A stretch of 64,000 nucleotides of DNA from an uncultured delta proteobacterium. GTDB taxonomy: Bacteria; Desulfobacterota; Binatia; UBA9968. Both the position numbers and the translations under genes were made by a program. Shown piece after piece: positions 1-11,442 of the stretch. Numbering within the stretch: the stretch's first letter is position 1; every line of letters begins with the position of its first letter. The stretch is taken from contig CAVTUQ010000028.1 in NCBI GenBank assembly GCA_963737905.1, positions 64,001 through 128,000 on the forward strand, written 5' to 3'. The notes under the pieces were generated by a model, which saw only the letters and a program-made list of their open reading frames with translations, searched no databases and had not been told where the DNA came from.

Positions 1-276
1 GGACACGTCGCCTTGCATAAATCCCGGCCCGCCGGACCCCTCGCCGCTGAGAACGTAGTGAGAAGGCGCCTGCTTGTCCTTGATGGAAACCTTTCCTTTG
101 TAAGTTCCCTTGACCGAAGCGACGCCAACCTTCATAGTCGCTTCGTATCGATCCGGCGCAATTTCGCTCATGTTCTCACATCCAGGCATACACTGGGCCA
201 TGATCTTAGGATCGAGCAACACTTGCCAGACTTTCTCCCTCGGCGCGTTAAATGTATAGTTACCTGATATTTTCAA
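1..276 (-). CDS. coxG: CoxG/SRPBCC family protein (carbon monoxide dehydrogenase subunit G-like), runs off the window edge
   Basis: Not in the ORF track. Manual translation from TTG at 276 (GGAGG RBS upstream) gives MKISGNYTFNAPREKVWQVLLDPKIMAQCMPGCENMSEIAPDRYEATMKVGVASVKGTYKGKV, the typical CoxG N-terminus (APREKVW..L.DP....C.PGC). Confidence 0.8.
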   Translation of the reverse strand, partial: MKISGNYTFNAPREKVWQVLLDPKIMAQCMPGCENMSEIAPDRYEATMKVGVASVKGTYKGKVSIKDKQAPSHYVLSGEGSGGPGFMQGDVS

Positions 277-464
277 AGCGGCTGCCTCCGTTTACCAAGC
301 GCTACGTGATGACCATCGACTCCGTTGCCGGCCTGTTGCCCGACCTGAGGATAGCGTCGTTAGAAAATAGCTTTCGTAGGCCTAAAAAACAATAGCAAAG
401 CTTGATAAGACCTTGGCTTATTATTGATTCGACTGCCTACCTCCGCTAAACTTTCTGGAACGAG

Positions 465-2513
465 ATGATATCCAGAGCCAAATGCCTCCTGGTGATTTTC
501 ATCCTTGCCGCCATCCCGTTTGTGAGCTTCGCCGAGGCGCCTAACCCCCGTGAGAACTTTGCGAAGGCTTATGCTTTGTATTCCAGCGGCAGCTTGGCGC
601 CAGGCCAAAGAGTTATTCCAGCAAACTTTGGAGCCGGATTTCTCGCTGGCAGACTATAGCCTGTATTATCTGGCGTTAATCTCTTTCAAGGAAGGCAACT
701 TCGACGCCGCAAAGCAGTTTCTTTCCCAGCTCAGGAGGCGCTATCCGCAAAGTATTTGGGTTTACCCGTCCGAGCTCCAGCGAGCAAAAATCGATCTGGC
801 AGAGAAAAAATATACCCAGGCCAGCAACGCTCTGCGTTCGCTCCGCGCCGAGAGAGGCGTTAGACCAGAAATCGTTGATGAAGCGATTTTTCTTCAGGCG
901 CAGGCACAAGAGGCGCTGGCAGATCTCAGTGAGGCGCATGAACTCTATTCAGAATTGAGAGCCCGGTTTCCCCGTTCGCGTTGGGCAGGGCCGGCACGTG
1001 CGGCTCTCCAGCGGCTGAGGGGAAAGTATCCGGACCAGTTCGGACTTAATACGAGTCAAGCGATTGCGGACGAGGCGGATCGGCTCGTGCGGGAAGGACA
1101 ACACGGTGAAGCAGAGGCTCTCTACAAGAAGCTCTTGGGTAACAATCCCGAGCCGGTCTTCCGTCTTCGGATATTGACGAAACTCACCGATTTCTATCTC
1201 TCGATTCGCAAGCGAAACGAAGCGATTCCCCTCCTGGAACAGATCGCTCGGGACTATCCAAAGAGCCCGGAGGCTCCCAAAGCGCTTTATCAAATCGGCC
1301 AGGTCCTGTGGAATCGACACGACAACGGACAGGCGCTCGATTATTTCAGACAGATCATGGAGCATTATCCGACCAGCCCCTACGTCGAAAGATCCCGCTA
1401 TGCCGCCGCGCGACATTTACGAGTCGTTCGGCCGACAAGCCAGAAGCGATCGCTCTGTATACGAGCATCATGAAAAACTTTCCCAACAGCCAGGTGCACG
1501 ATGACGCCGCTTCACGCCTCGCCTGGCTCTACTACCGCGACGGGGAATGGGGACAGGCCTATGCAACCTTTCAAATCCTGGCCACACAGGCCAGGGACAT
1601 CGGATTTCGAACAGCAGGATTGTATTGGCAGGGCCGCAGTGCCGAGAAGCTCGGTGAGACCGAGACCGCCGTCCGAATTTATCGACAGATCGTCGATGGC
1701 AGCGAAGAATCTTATTATCAGGCTCTGGCCTTAGGTGCCCTGGTTAGAGCGGGAATCGCACTTGAGCAACCCCAAATCAGCGCTTTGCCTCCCGTCGAGG
1801 AAGCCGATCCTCCGATAGGCGCTGAAATTGCTTACCACCTCTCCCGTGCACGGGAGCTTTCCGCTATTGCGCTTCACCGCTTGGCGGTGGCGGAGCTCAA
1901 TGAGGTCGATCGTCTTTCCAAAAACCAGTCTGGGCTACGCCCTTTACTGATGCACGAATATTTCAAAAACCACGCTTACGGCAGTAGCCTTGCCATTGCC
2001 AATCAACTTCCGAGTTCCCAAAGCGAGCGCAACCTCTATCGGTTTCCCCTGGCTTACTGGGAAATGATTCAACAGAAGGCCAAGGAGCGGGAGCTTGATC
2101 CTTATCTCATTCTCGCGTTGATTCGCCAGGAGAGCCTGTTCGACCCCCAGGCTCGCTCGCCGGCAGCGGCCCTAGGTTTGATGCAACTGTTGCCATCAAC
2201 GGCAGCGCGAGTCGCCAAACAAATCGGGGTCTCCCCGCCCTCCAACGAGCAATTGTTCCAACCGGAGATCAATCTCATTCTCGGCACTCAGTATTTGAGG
2301 GGTCTTCTGCAACGTTATTCAAATGACTGGTTCAAAGCCATCGCCGCCTACAATGCCGGCGAGGCCGCAGTGGATCGTTGGGAGAAAGAGATTCTGACCG
2401 ATGACGCGGAGGAATTCGTCGAGCGTATCCCCTACCTAGAAACCCGCAGTTACGTTAAACTAGTGATGCGCAACCACCGAATCTATAGTCGCCTATACGA
2501 CCAAAAAAAATGA
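465..2513 (+). CDS. TPR-containing soluble lytic transglycosylase (Slt70-like), split by two frameshifts
   Basis: ORF 465-659 gives the signal peptide and 550-1473 the TPR/BamD-like repeats. ORF 1308-2513 has the SLT motifs IRQES, GLMQL, AYNAG and ETRSYV. The pieces are consecutive and overlapping. Confidence 0.88.
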
Positions 2514-3280
2514 GCCGACCGAGCACGAGCCAGGCCCCGTTAATCGGCATTACCGCCGATCTGTCGGGGGCTGCGGCGAACGGCACTGACCCCGCGCAAG
2601 AACCCACCCTGTTTTTGCCCCGACGCTATTGCCGCACCATCCAGGAAGTGGGTGGAATTCCTCTTATCCTCCCGCCAATCGCTTCCCAGACCAGGCTTCG
2701 CAGGGTACTGCAGCGGCTAGACGGCGTCGTGATCAGCGGGGGAAATTTCGACATCCACCCAAGCTATTACGGTGAAAAGCCGATCCGTGCTTTAGGCGTG
2801 ATCAAAAAGGAAAGGACAGAGTTTGAGTTGGAATTGGTTGATTTGGCTTTGAACCAAGATCGACCGCTTCTGGGAGTCTGTGGCGGCGCGCAGGCAATCA
2901 ATGTGGCCTTGGGCGGGTCTCTTTACCAAGATATCGCAACCCAGCTTCCAAACGCCACCCGACACGATCAAGGTGCAATAAGAGACCAAGGCGGTCATCC
3001 AATCATAATTCATTCTGGGACGCAGCTCCGGCAGATCGTGCAACGGCAGAGCCTGGAGGTCAACACGACCCACCACCAAGCCGTCAGAAGAGTCGGCAGG
3101 GGGCTAGTCGTCAATGCCACCGCCGAAGATGGACTGATCGAAGGGCTTGAGAGCTCTAACCACAGTTTCGTTCTTGGAGTGCAATGGCACCCCGAGATTC
3201 TGGCGCGCAAAGATCCCCCCCAACGCAGGCTCTTCGCTTCCTTCATTTCTGCTTCAAAACGTCTCCATCGCGGGATTTGA
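2510..3280 (+). CDS. Gamma-glutamyl-gamma-aminobutyrate hydrolase family protein (peptidase C26, class I glutamine amidotransferase)
   Basis: LLGVCGGAQ nucleophile, HHQAV and GVQWHPE motifs; the start overlaps the slt stop. Confidence 0.9.
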   Translation: MSRPSTSQAPLIGITADLSGAAANGTDPAQEPTLFLPRRYCRTIQEVGGIPLILPPIASQTRLRRVLQRLDGVVISGGNFDIHPSYYGEKPIRALGVIKKERTEFELELVDLALNQDRPLLGVCGGAQAINVALGGSLYQDIATQLPNATRHDQGAIRDQGGHPIIIHSGTQLRQIVQRQSLEVNTTHHQAVRRVGRGLVVNATAEDGLIEGLESSNHSFVLGVQWHPEILARKDPPQRRLFASFISASKRLHRGI

Positions 3281-3292
3281 AGCGAGAGACCC

Positions 3293-5635
3293 ATGCCCCC
3301 TGCGCTTTTTAACCTGGCTAACTATACTTTCAACCCATACGCGATACCGACCTTGGTTACCGGCATCGCGATCATTGCTTTGGGCTTTATCGTGCTCGTC
3401 GGGGAGCGCAACTCCCGTGTCGGTCTTTCTTTCTTTATCATGACCGTTACTGCTGCGATCTGGCTTTTCTGCTACTCTCTCATGTATTGCGCGGTGGCTG
3501 CGCCCGTGGCGAGCACGTGGGCTGTTACGGGACAATTGGGGGTCGTCTTTATTCCCGCGGCTGTATATCACTTCACCGTCGACACGTTAGAAATCTATTC
3601 ACGGCACAAGAGCCGCGTCCGGCTCGCTTGGCTCGTCTCCGGGGTTTTTTTTGTCACCGTTCCTTATGGCAACATCTTTATCAGCGGCGTCAATCGCTTT
3701 TGGTGGGGCTATTACGCTCGCTATGAATGGGCGAGTATACCTTTTCTTGGTTTTTTCTTCGGCTTAATGGCGTTGAGTCTACACCACTACTGGCAGGAAT
3801 ATCATGCGGCAGCGCCCGGCGCGGGAAAACAGAGAACGAAGGCATTGTTCTTCGCTTTCTGTATAGCGTATCTCGGCTCCTTTGATTATCTGGCTGCTTT
3901 TGGCGTTCCTCTCTACCCGTTCGGTCATCTCGCGGTGCTGGGTTTCATCGTCCTCACGGCACGGGCCGTGTGGCGCTTTAGGCTCGTCGACATTACCCCG
4001 GCCTTTGCCGCAACGGAGATCATCAACGCCATGGCAGACGCCCTTCTTGTTTTGGACAATGAGGGAACCGTTCGAGTAGCAAATCGAGCCGCCTGCCAGT
4101 TATTCAGGCGTCCCGAAAGCGTGCTGATCGGAAGCCGCATCCAGAACTTGACCTCCATCATTGCCCCTCCAGAATTTATTCTCGACCGCGTCATTTTGAG
4201 TGGTTCTATTCGCGACTACGAATTCCCGCTGATCGATGAACATGCGGGTCGCGCCACCCTGAGCGTTTCCTCCTTCGTTATGCGCGATGATCCAGCCATG
4301 GATCCTCTTGCCCTCGTCTGCATCGTTCGGGACGTGACGGAGCAGAGGCAAGCCCAGCTGGATATCCACCGCCATACAGAACGTCAGGTCGCGCTCTACG
4401 AAATTAACCTTGCCACAACCTCCACTCTGGAATTGCGCGTCGTGCTCAACATCCTTTTGGAAAAACTTACCACCCTGGTGCCGGAAACCGCGACGACGAT
4501 CATGTTGCTTGAAAAGAAAGGGGGGCGGCTTATTAAAGTCGCTGCGCGGGGTATAGACGAAGAGGCATGGAAAGCCCACAGCGCGGGCCACGGTGAGGGC
4601 ACACATCCTGCACTGCCGGCTAGAGAAACTATCCGAATTTCCAACATTCAGGTTTCTCGCAATGGCCTAGACTTAGACTTTTTTCGCGGGAGCGGGTTCG
4701 CTTCCTACCTCGGCGTGCCGTTGATAGCCCAGGATAAAGTGCTCGGCATTCTCTCTTTTTATTGCCGAAAAGAGCGCTATTTTAGCGATGAAGAAATCAA
4801 CTTCCTGCGCACCCTCGCCGGCCAGGCTGCCGGAGCGATCCAAAACTCCCAACTCTATGAGCAAACGAAACAACAGGCCATCGATCTTGAAAAAGCCAAC
4901 AAAGTTAAAGACGAATTTCTGGGTGTCATGTCCCACGAACTGCGTACCCCCCTGAATGTCATCGCTGGCTATACAAAAATTGTCCAAGACGGAGTCCTGG
5001 GCGAGGTTAATGCCGAACAGGTCAACGCGCTCGATAAAGTAACTCGCCACTCCAATGAACTGCTGGTGATGGTCAACAGCATCATGGATGCGACCAAGAT
5101 TGAGGCCGGGGCAGTCGTTGTGGAGTGCGACGAGCTAGCTCTGCCCGAATTTTTCGACGAGCTAAAGCTGCTTTATGAATATCCCCTGGGAAAGGATGTA
5201 AGCCTGCGTTGGGACTATGCCCCAAACCTCCCTATAATCCGCACGGACCGTGACAAACTCAAGCACATCTTGCAAAATCTGATCAACAACGCCCTGAAGT
5301 TTACGGAGGTCGGTCATGTCACTGTGTTTGCCCGTCACGTAGCGGGGTTGAACCGGGTCGAACTCAGTGTGGCTGATACCGGGATCGGCATTGCCCCCCG
5401 AGATTTACCACTAGTCTTCGCAAAATTTCTTCAACTCGACGCTTCTAGAACTCGATCCCAAGGCGGCGTCGGATTGGGGCTGCACATCGTCAAAACCTTT
5501 TCCCAGGTACTCGGGGGTACGGTCAACGTCACCAGCCAACCCGGAGAAGGAACTACTTTTACCGTGACGCTTCCGTGCGTCTACGAGGGAGTGGGTGCGG
5601 TCCGAACCTATACGCGCCGACTTCCCGAAGCCTAA
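3293..5635 (+). CDS. Membrane sensor histidine kinase (7TM N-terminus, PAS, GAF, HisKA, HATPase)
   Basis: Hydrophobic N-terminal helices, H-box SHELRTPL, N-box NLINNALKFT, DTGIGI and GVGLGL G-boxes. Confidence 0.92.
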   Translation: MPPALFNLANYTFNPYAIPTLVTGIAIIALGFIVLVGERNSRVGLSFFIMTVTAAIWLFCYSLMYCAVAAPVASTWAVTGQLGVVFIPAAVYHFTVDTLEIYSRHKSRVRLAWLVSGVFFVTVPYGNIFISGVNRFWWGYYARYEWASIPFLGFFFGLMALSLHHYWQEYHAAAPGAGKQRTKALFFAFCIAYLGSFDYLAAFGVPLYPFGHLAVLGFIVLTARAVWRFRLVDITPAFAATEIINAMADALLVLDNEGTVRVANRAACQLFRRPESVLIGSRIQNLTSIIAPPEFILDRVILSGSIRDYEFPLIDEHAGRATLSVSSFVMRDDPAMDPLALVCIVRDVTEQRQAQLDIHRHTERQVALYEINLATTSTLELRVVLNILLEKLTTLVPETATTIMLLEKKGGRLIKVAARGIDEEAWKAHSAGHGEGTHPALPARETIRISNIQVSRNGLDLDFFRGSGFASYLGVPLIAQDKVLGILSFYCRKERYFSDEEINFLRTLAGQAAGAIQNSQLYEQTKQQAIDLEKANKVKDEFLGVMSHELRTPLNVIAGYTKIVQDGVLGEVNAEQVNALDKVTRHSNELLVMVNSIMDATKIEAGAVVVECDELALPEFFDELKLLYEYPLGKDVSLRWDYAPNLPIIRTDRDKLKHILQNLINNALKFTEVGHVTVFARHVAGLNRVELSVADTGIGIAPRDLPLVFAKFLQLDASRTRSQGGVGLGLHIVKTFSQVLGGTVNVTSQPGEGTTFTVTLPCVYEGVGAVRTYTRRLPEA

Positions 5636-5664
5636 CCCTAATCGTAGCCCTCGCTTCCACTGCT

Positions 5665-5960
5665 TTGCTCCGCCGGATTCGGAGCGGGTGTCCAAGGCCG
5701 TGATCGATTATTTGATCACGCGGCCGGATGTCGATCCCGAACGGATCGGGCTTCACGGCTCCAGCATGGGCGGCTACTCCGGGCCACGTTGCGCCACCGT
5801 GGAAAAACGGATCAAAGCCGTAGCGGTTTGGAGCGGCGCCTGCAATCTGGTCGATGATATCATCGGCTATTATCCGCCCATTCAAGATCGCTTGAGATGG
5901 CTGATGGGGGCGCCAAGGACCTCAAAGAGGCCAGAGAAGGAATCAAAGAATTTTAACTGA
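5665..5960 (+). pseudogene. Internal fragment of an alpha/beta hydrolase
   Basis: AVIDYLITRPDVDPERIGLHGSSMGGY contains a G-x-S-x-G elbow, but the N- and C-terminal parts and an RBS are missing. Confidence 0.65.
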
Positions 5961-6179
5961 CCCGGATTCCTATCTCTTCTCGAGCCCCTCTTGAGCAAAT
6001 CAGTCCAACTAAAGAGCGGAGGGGAGTTCTAGTGGGAAATGCTGCCAAACGGATCGAGCGAAAAATCAAAACGCCGTACTTTCGGTTGACAGGTTGGCAG
6101 CGATGCCTCACAATTTCACTTTCAGTGTTTAGATTTTGTCCTTTTTTCAATTCGCGAAGGTACCGGAAAGGAGAATGAA

Positions 6180-6749
6180 ATGATCGGTCTGGTTTGGAGC
6201 TTACTGGCCTCGTTTATACTAATTGGCTGTGGAGGAGCACAGGTTGCGCAGATGCAAGATCCGCAGTCCCCGCAATGGACGGTGGAGAACCCCAATGCAG
6301 CCGCCGGGAGGAACCTTGGATCTGAAGGCAAAAGGTTGACTTCAGCGCCCTCCAGCCTGGAAGCGTTACAGAGCGGTCAGAGTACCGCGACGCCTGCATC
6401 CAGCCCAGTCAAGGACGTTTATTTTGGGTTCGATCGTTACGATCTAACCGAAGAAGGGCGCTCGACTCTCAAAGCGAATGCGGAATGGCTTAAGAACAAC
6501 CCCACGTTGCGTATGCAAATCGAGGGACACTGTGACGAGCGGGGCACAGCCGATTATAACCTGGCGCTGGGCGCGAAGCGTGCACAAACAGCGAAGGACT
6601 ATCTCATGACTCTCGGTATCAGTGCCGCGCGGCTATCGACGATCAGTTACGGAGCGGAGATCCCAGTGTGCAAGGAGCATACCGAGGATTGCTGGGCGCA
6701 AAATCGGCGTGCTCGCTTCGTTATCGCCTCGGGCCAACCGACGTCGTGA
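6180..6749 (+). CDS. pal: Peptidoglycan-associated lipoprotein Pal
   Basis: Lipobox LIGC; VYFGFDRY, IEGHCDERGTADYNLALGAKRA and NRRA motifs. Confidence 0.92.
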   Translation: MIGLVWSLLASFILIGCGGAQVAQMQDPQSPQWTVENPNAAAGRNLGSEGKRLTSAPSSLEALQSGQSTATPASSPVKDVYFGFDRYDLTEEGRSTLKANAEWLKNNPTLRMQIEGHCDERGTADYNLALGAKRAQTAKDYLMTLGISAARLSTISYGAEIPVCKEHTEDCWAQNRRARFVIASGQPTS

Positions 6750-6839
6750 CAAACCGGTCAATTTAATTTCGTCAGAATCCCGGGCCACGGCTAAACTCAC
6801 AAAGCCGCCATCCAGCAGCAACGCTGCAGAATATAGATT

Positions 6840-6880
6840 AAAAGGGCTCGATCTCTTAATGGGATCGGGCCCTTTTTTTT
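6840..6880 (+). terminator. Rho-independent terminator after pal
   Basis: AAAAGGGCTCGATCTC-TTAAT-GGGATCGGGCCCTTTTTTTT forms a hairpin followed by a U tract. Confidence 0.8.
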
Positions 6881-6971
6881 GGAGTAGCCCTCGCAAACGG
6901 CAAGCCTAGTCTTGACTTTTGCGTTGGATCACGTTGGTAAATGACTAGTAAGATGTCGTACGCACATACCT

Positions 6972-8591
6972 ATGGATAAAACCCTTCAACAACTAATTGG
7001 TCTTGTCGAGAACGGATCGGTTGAACAGCGTTGCGCAGCGTTGCTGGTGTTGGCGGCACTTAAAGCGCAGAACTCTGAAGTCATAAAGTCAGTAGCTGCA
7101 GCATTGGATGATGCCAATCCGGTGCTCAAAGACTATGCCCTTCGTTACTTAGAACAAGTGCAAACCAAGTCATATGTTCCCTGGCTGCTCCGTTTTTTGG
7201 ACGATCCCGACAAGGAAACGCAAGAGCGAGTGATTCAATTACTGAGCGGCGCTGGTCAGTCGGCAGTCGACGTCCTGGTAAAGCAGACAACCCATGGATC
7301 GCGCGTATGGCAACTGAACGCCGCCCGCGTTTTCTGCGTGGTGCGCGGTAAAGTAGCCATCAAGGGTTTGCTCCAGCTCCTCATTTCCGGAACTGACGAA
7401 TTCAATAGAGCGGTGTGTGACTTGATGGTACCGGCGATTCGTGGGATGAAATCCAAAGAGCAGGAGTTGCTTTATAGCGCAGTTGAGGCTTTCGCTACGA
7501 AGCTCGACGCCAAGCAGCAGCGGCCCGCCGTGGTCTCCGCGCTACGCTTGTTAGGCCAAGGCGGTTTTCCACAAGCCCGCCGCTGGCTCCTCAAATTCAT
7601 TGGGCCTGAGCACCCTGCTATCCTTCGCTCTCATGCCTTGGTGGCGTTGCTCCACTGCCTCAGACAGCAGGACTTGAGAAAAGAAGAACATGCGAAACTT
7701 TTCGCTCTACTTGAAGAACCGGAGTTTTCCGAGGTCACACGTCTGGTTCTAGAACTGCTCGACGCCCACGAGCTGCCCGAGGACGCTCGACCCTTGCTTT
7801 CCCGTCTGATGCAAAGTCCCCACGGGGAGGTACAGAAGTTCGCGCTGCGTAAGATGGGAGCTTTCAGCACACCGGCAACCGTGCGCACCTTGGTCGAACA
7901 GCTGGGCGATCCGGACTATCGGCGACGCGACGTTGCTGCAAGCTCGCTGCGCAAGATTCCTGAAGCCCGCGCCACACTCATCAAGGAACTGGTAACTTGC
8001 GACGACGCCAGCAAAGCCTGGAGCATTGCCGAGCTACTACCTTCTTTCGAAGGCAAGTGGCGGCAGGATACGTTGGAATTGTTGTGGAAACGATTACAAG
8101 CGGCTTTGACCGCCGAAGAGCGGATTCACACAGCTTTTTTGCACGTGCTCAAGCTAGCGGATGCGGTTTACACTCGTGAGCAGCTCGCCGCCCACGGCGC
8201 GCGGCTCGTGAAGGCGAAAAAATACAAGGAAGCAGTGGCCTATCTCACCCCGCTCAAAGATTTTGCCGAAGTCGAGCCGGAGAACAAATTCCACCTCGCG
8301 GTGGCGCAGCTCAAATTGCATTCTCATACGCTGGCGGGCCATCGTCACCATCCGGCCGTGGAATTGCTCGCGGATCTCTATCGCAATTCGGCTTATCCGC
8401 TATTTGAAGCGCTCAGGAAAGAAAGAAGTCTGGCGCCCGAGGAAGTCTTCTCGCTTGGATTTAACTTCGTCGAGCGCCCGGGAGATGAGCGTAGCCTGGG
8501 CAAAGATCTCTTGGAACATATCGCCAGTAAATTCCCTCGCAACAAAATCGGCAAAAGCGCCAAAAACAAATTGAAGTTGCTCGCGCGGTAA
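6972..8591 (+). CDS. HEAT/ARM-repeat protein of unknown function
   Basis: 539-aa Leu/Ala-rich helical ORF with HEAT-like units (LDDPDKETQERVIQLL, LGDPDYRRRDVAASSL). Confidence 0.75.
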   Translation: MDKTLQQLIGLVENGSVEQRCAALLVLAALKAQNSEVIKSVAAALDDANPVLKDYALRYLEQVQTKSYVPWLLRFLDDPDKETQERVIQLLSGAGQSAVDVLVKQTTHGSRVWQLNAARVFCVVRGKVAIKGLLQLLISGTDEFNRAVCDLMVPAIRGMKSKEQELLYSAVEAFATKLDAKQQRPAVVSALRLLGQGGFPQARRWLLKFIGPEHPAILRSHALVALLHCLRQQDLRKEEHAKLFALLEEPEFSEVTRLVLELLDAHELPEDARPLLSRLMQSPHGEVQKFALRKMGAFSTPATVRTLVEQLGDPDYRRRDVAASSLRKIPEARATLIKELVTCDDASKAWSIAELLPSFEGKWRQDTLELLWKRLQAALTAEERIHTAFLHVLKLADAVYTREQLAAHGARLVKAKKYKEAVAYLTPLKDFAEVEPENKFHLAVAQLKLHSHTLAGHRHHPAVELLADLYRNSAYPLFEALRKERSLAPEEVFSLGFNFVERPGDERSLGKDLLEHIASKFPRNKIGKSAKNKLKLLAR

Positions 8592-8621
8592 CAAGGAGTC
8601 CCTTCCATCCGCGTTCATGAG

Positions 8622-9593
8622 TTAGCTATCGCTCAAGAGCCCGAATGTTTCGGGAGCGAAGAGCTCGCTCATTTCGAGCCTTCGCTCCGTCAAGCCCTGC
8701 TCGTAGGCATATAAGATCGCCGCCTCCAACGTCGGAAGATTCAGTTTAACGCCGTAAGGATAAAGGTCCGCGCCCATGGCTTGCTGAGCGTATTCAAGAT
8801 CGAGATTCATCCAGGGCAGGGGTGAAAGGCGCTCCTCAAGCCGGTCGTAGGATTTTTGCTTGGCCTTTTGAAAAGCCATCACCAGAGCCGTTGCGATGGA
8901 AGGATTTTTCTCATAAATCGCGCGCCGTAGCACTACCGTGTGCATGATTGGAAAGATTTTAGTTCGCCGATAGTACTCGGCCTCGACCTCCCTCGCATCC
9001 GCGAAGAGACGCCGTACGAAGGGCGATCCGCTTGTAAAACTTCGCGGAGGTGATGTGACGGCCAGCGCATCCAGCTTCCCCTCTTCCAATAGACCGTCGA
9101 GAGTCTGATCCTTTTCAATGTTATCGATCCGCAGGGTCGCCGGCGCTTTGATGGACACATGCTCGGACCGGCGCCGGAACCAATGGATGTCCTCCGGTAA
9201 AACGTTGTACTCATGCTTGAGCATGCCGCGAACGAACAGTAGTGCGGTCATCGAATAATCCGCGATGCCGACCCGTTTACCGACTAGATCTCGCGGCTCC
9301 CGGATACCGGATTCAGCATGGACCCAAATATAAGAATGCCGAAACACGCGGGACGGGAAGACGGGAATCGCCATAAACCTCCGGTCCCCATGTGCGAGCG
9401 CGATCATATAATTCGAGAGCGACATTTCAGAAACGTCGAACTCTTCCTTATTGAGCATGCGTAGAAAAATCTGCGATGGGGGCGAAAGGGTCACTACCTT
9501 GAGATCGAAGCCCCCGACGGGAACGGCGCCGTCCAAGAGCGCACGAGTGTGATCATAATCCTGCAATGCGAGCGTTATCGTAGGTCCTGGCAT
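8622..9593 (-). CDS. 4,5-dihydroxyphthalate decarboxylase-like protein (periplasmic-binding-protein fold)
   Basis: DYDHTRALLDG, FDVSEMSLS, PVFPSRVFRH and IFPIMHTVV motifs. Confidence 0.82.
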   Translation of the reverse strand: MPGPTITLALQDYDHTRALLDGAVPVGGFDLKVVTLSPPSQIFLRMLNKEEFDVSEMSLSNYMIALAHGDRRFMAIPVFPSRVFRHSYIWVHAESGIREPRDLVGKRVGIADYSMTALLFVRGMLKHEYNVLPEDIHWFRRRSEHVSIKAPATLRIDNIEKDQTLDGLLEEGKLDALAVTSPPRSFTSGSPFVRRLFADAREVEAEYYRRTKIFPIMHTVVLRRAIYEKNPSIATALVMAFQKAKQKSYDRLEERLSPLPWMNLDLEYAQQAMGADLYPYGVKLNLPTLEAAILYAYEQGLTERRLEMSELFAPETFGLLSDS

Positions 9594-9797
9594 CTTATCC
9601 TCCGAGATAACTCTAAAATCGTGGAAACGCTCCCTCTGTTATCAAAAAAATCCTCGGCAAGATACCCCGGAGTAGAATGTGCTTGACAGGCGTCCTGCCA
9701 CCGCCCTAGTCTTCGTTAGGCTACTCTCGCTTTGGATTGCGCTCTGAGGCAGGTGGATCTCTAAGCTTTCGGACAAAAAACAATTGGGAGGATAAAA

Positions 9798-10313
9798 ATG
9801 CCGAGAATCGTGTTGGATCTAAATCAAGCCGACGATCTAAAAAAGGTAAAGGGACAGTGGCGGGTTGGACCCGGGCTGGTGCCGGGAGAGCCCAACGAGG
9901 GACTCAAGGCGCAGTTGCTGAACACTCCGGCGCGCCTCCCGGATTATGATGACTCCGGCTGGCAGATCTGCACTAACATTCGCAAGAGCCTCTCCGTAGG
10001 TTTTACTTTTGCTTGGTACCGCATCACCGTCGAATTACCCGGACAAGTTGATGGTAGGGCGCTAGCCGACTCCCGGGTGTTTTTCGAGACGAACGTCGAT
10101 AACTATGGCGAGATCTGGGTCGATGGCAAGATCGATCGGGCGGCGGGTGTCATCGCCGGCATCAATGCCCAGCAAAGGGTGGAGGTCAGCCCCAAAGCCC
10201 TGCCGGGAGCCAAGCATGTAATCGCCTGTCTGGTGGCGAACGGCCCGCTGGCCGAGCCGCGCGGCGGTATTTTTATGCGCTACGCCGCACTCGCGTTTGA
10301 ATCCCGCGACTAG
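9798..10313 (+). CDS. Stand-alone galactose-binding/jelly-roll domain protein
   Basis: DYDDSGW, AWYRITVELP and VDNYGEIWVDG resemble the GH2 sugar-binding domain; GGGAGG RBS; no signal peptide. Confidence 0.65.
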   Translation: MPRIVLDLNQADDLKKVKGQWRVGPGLVPGEPNEGLKAQLLNTPARLPDYDDSGWQICTNIRKSLSVGFTFAWYRITVELPGQVDGRALADSRVFFETNVDNYGEIWVDGKIDRAAGVIAGINAQQRVEVSPKALPGAKHVIACLVANGPLAEPRGGIFMRYAALAFESRD

Positions 10314-10545
10314 GGGCGACTGAGGGCTTAACGGGCACGAGGAAAACACCAATCAACGCGATGCTTGGCGGCTTCTTAGACTTGCAAGATGCCGTGCTGC
10401 GGAATAAAAGTAAACTCTCAGCTTCGAGCAACGAACCGGTGAATTGCTAAGGTGACGGAAAGTAGCATAAACCCAAACAGCGAGGAAACAAGACACATCG
10501 ATATCCAAACGAACACCTCCGAACTTGAGGTGCATGAGGTTAGCC

Positions 10546-11404
10546 ATGGGTGAATATTCTAATGAAGATGTTGGCAACATCGTCCTCCTGGAGCATGTAA
10601 ACGTTCAGGTTCCGGATCAATCTTTGGCGATGATGTTTTATATCGTCGGGATGGGGTTTACTCGGGATCCCTACTTGAATATCGGTCTTGGCAACATGTG
10701 GGCGAACGTTGGTGAACAGCAGTTTCACCTCCCTACGCGGCCAGCACAGGTCATTCATGGGCACATAGGCGTCGTTGTGCCTGATCTTGGCACCCTGAAG
10801 GACAGACTGGCATCCGTACAGGGAGGTCTGGCAGGTACACAGTTTAGTTGGTCCGTTGAGGCCGACCATATTGCAGTCACCTGTCCCTGGGGAAATCGGC
10901 TTTAAATGCTATCCCGCTGGTCCCGACTTTGGTGATATGGCGCTGGGGATTCCTTATGTGGAGTTCCTGGTCGCGCCGGGCCGCGCCGCAGGGATCGCTC
11001 GCTTTTACGACCAAGTTTTGGGCGCGCCATCGACAACCGAGTCCGGCAAACAGGGAGCCATCGGTCGAGTGCAGATAGGTCGGAATCAGTCGTTGGTTTT
11101 CCGGGAAACCCAAGAACCGCTAGGCGATTATGACGGACACCACATCGCCATCTATGTGGCAAATTTCTCCCGAGCCTATGGCTACCTGAAGGATCGCGGC
11201 CTGATTTCGGAAGATGTGCGCAACCATCAATATCGCTTTAAAGAAATTATCGATCCCGACGATGGTCGTTGCGTCTTTCTCGTCGAGCACGAAGTTCGAA
11301 GCTTACGCCACCCGATGTTTCGCCGATTTCTCGTCAACCGGGATCCGGCACAAACTCAACGCGGCTACCGCCGGGAAAGAGACGCGCTGATTCCGTATCA
11401 GTAA
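10546..11404 (+). CDS. VOC/glyoxalase family protein, one frameshift near 10900
   Basis: EHVNVQVPD...FY...GF, QFHLP, HIGVVVPDL and HHIAIYVA motifs spread over ORFs 10525-10905 and 10856-11404. Confidence 0.78.
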
Positions 11405-11442
11405 CGGGTAGGTAGAACCGTCCTATAAGCCTGTCCAAAAAG

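Noticed and set aside
10313-10545. tmRNA-like start (GGGGCGACTGAGGGCTTAACGGG)
   Set aside because: No T-arm/CCA 3' end and no tag reading frame ending in ALAA-like residues.
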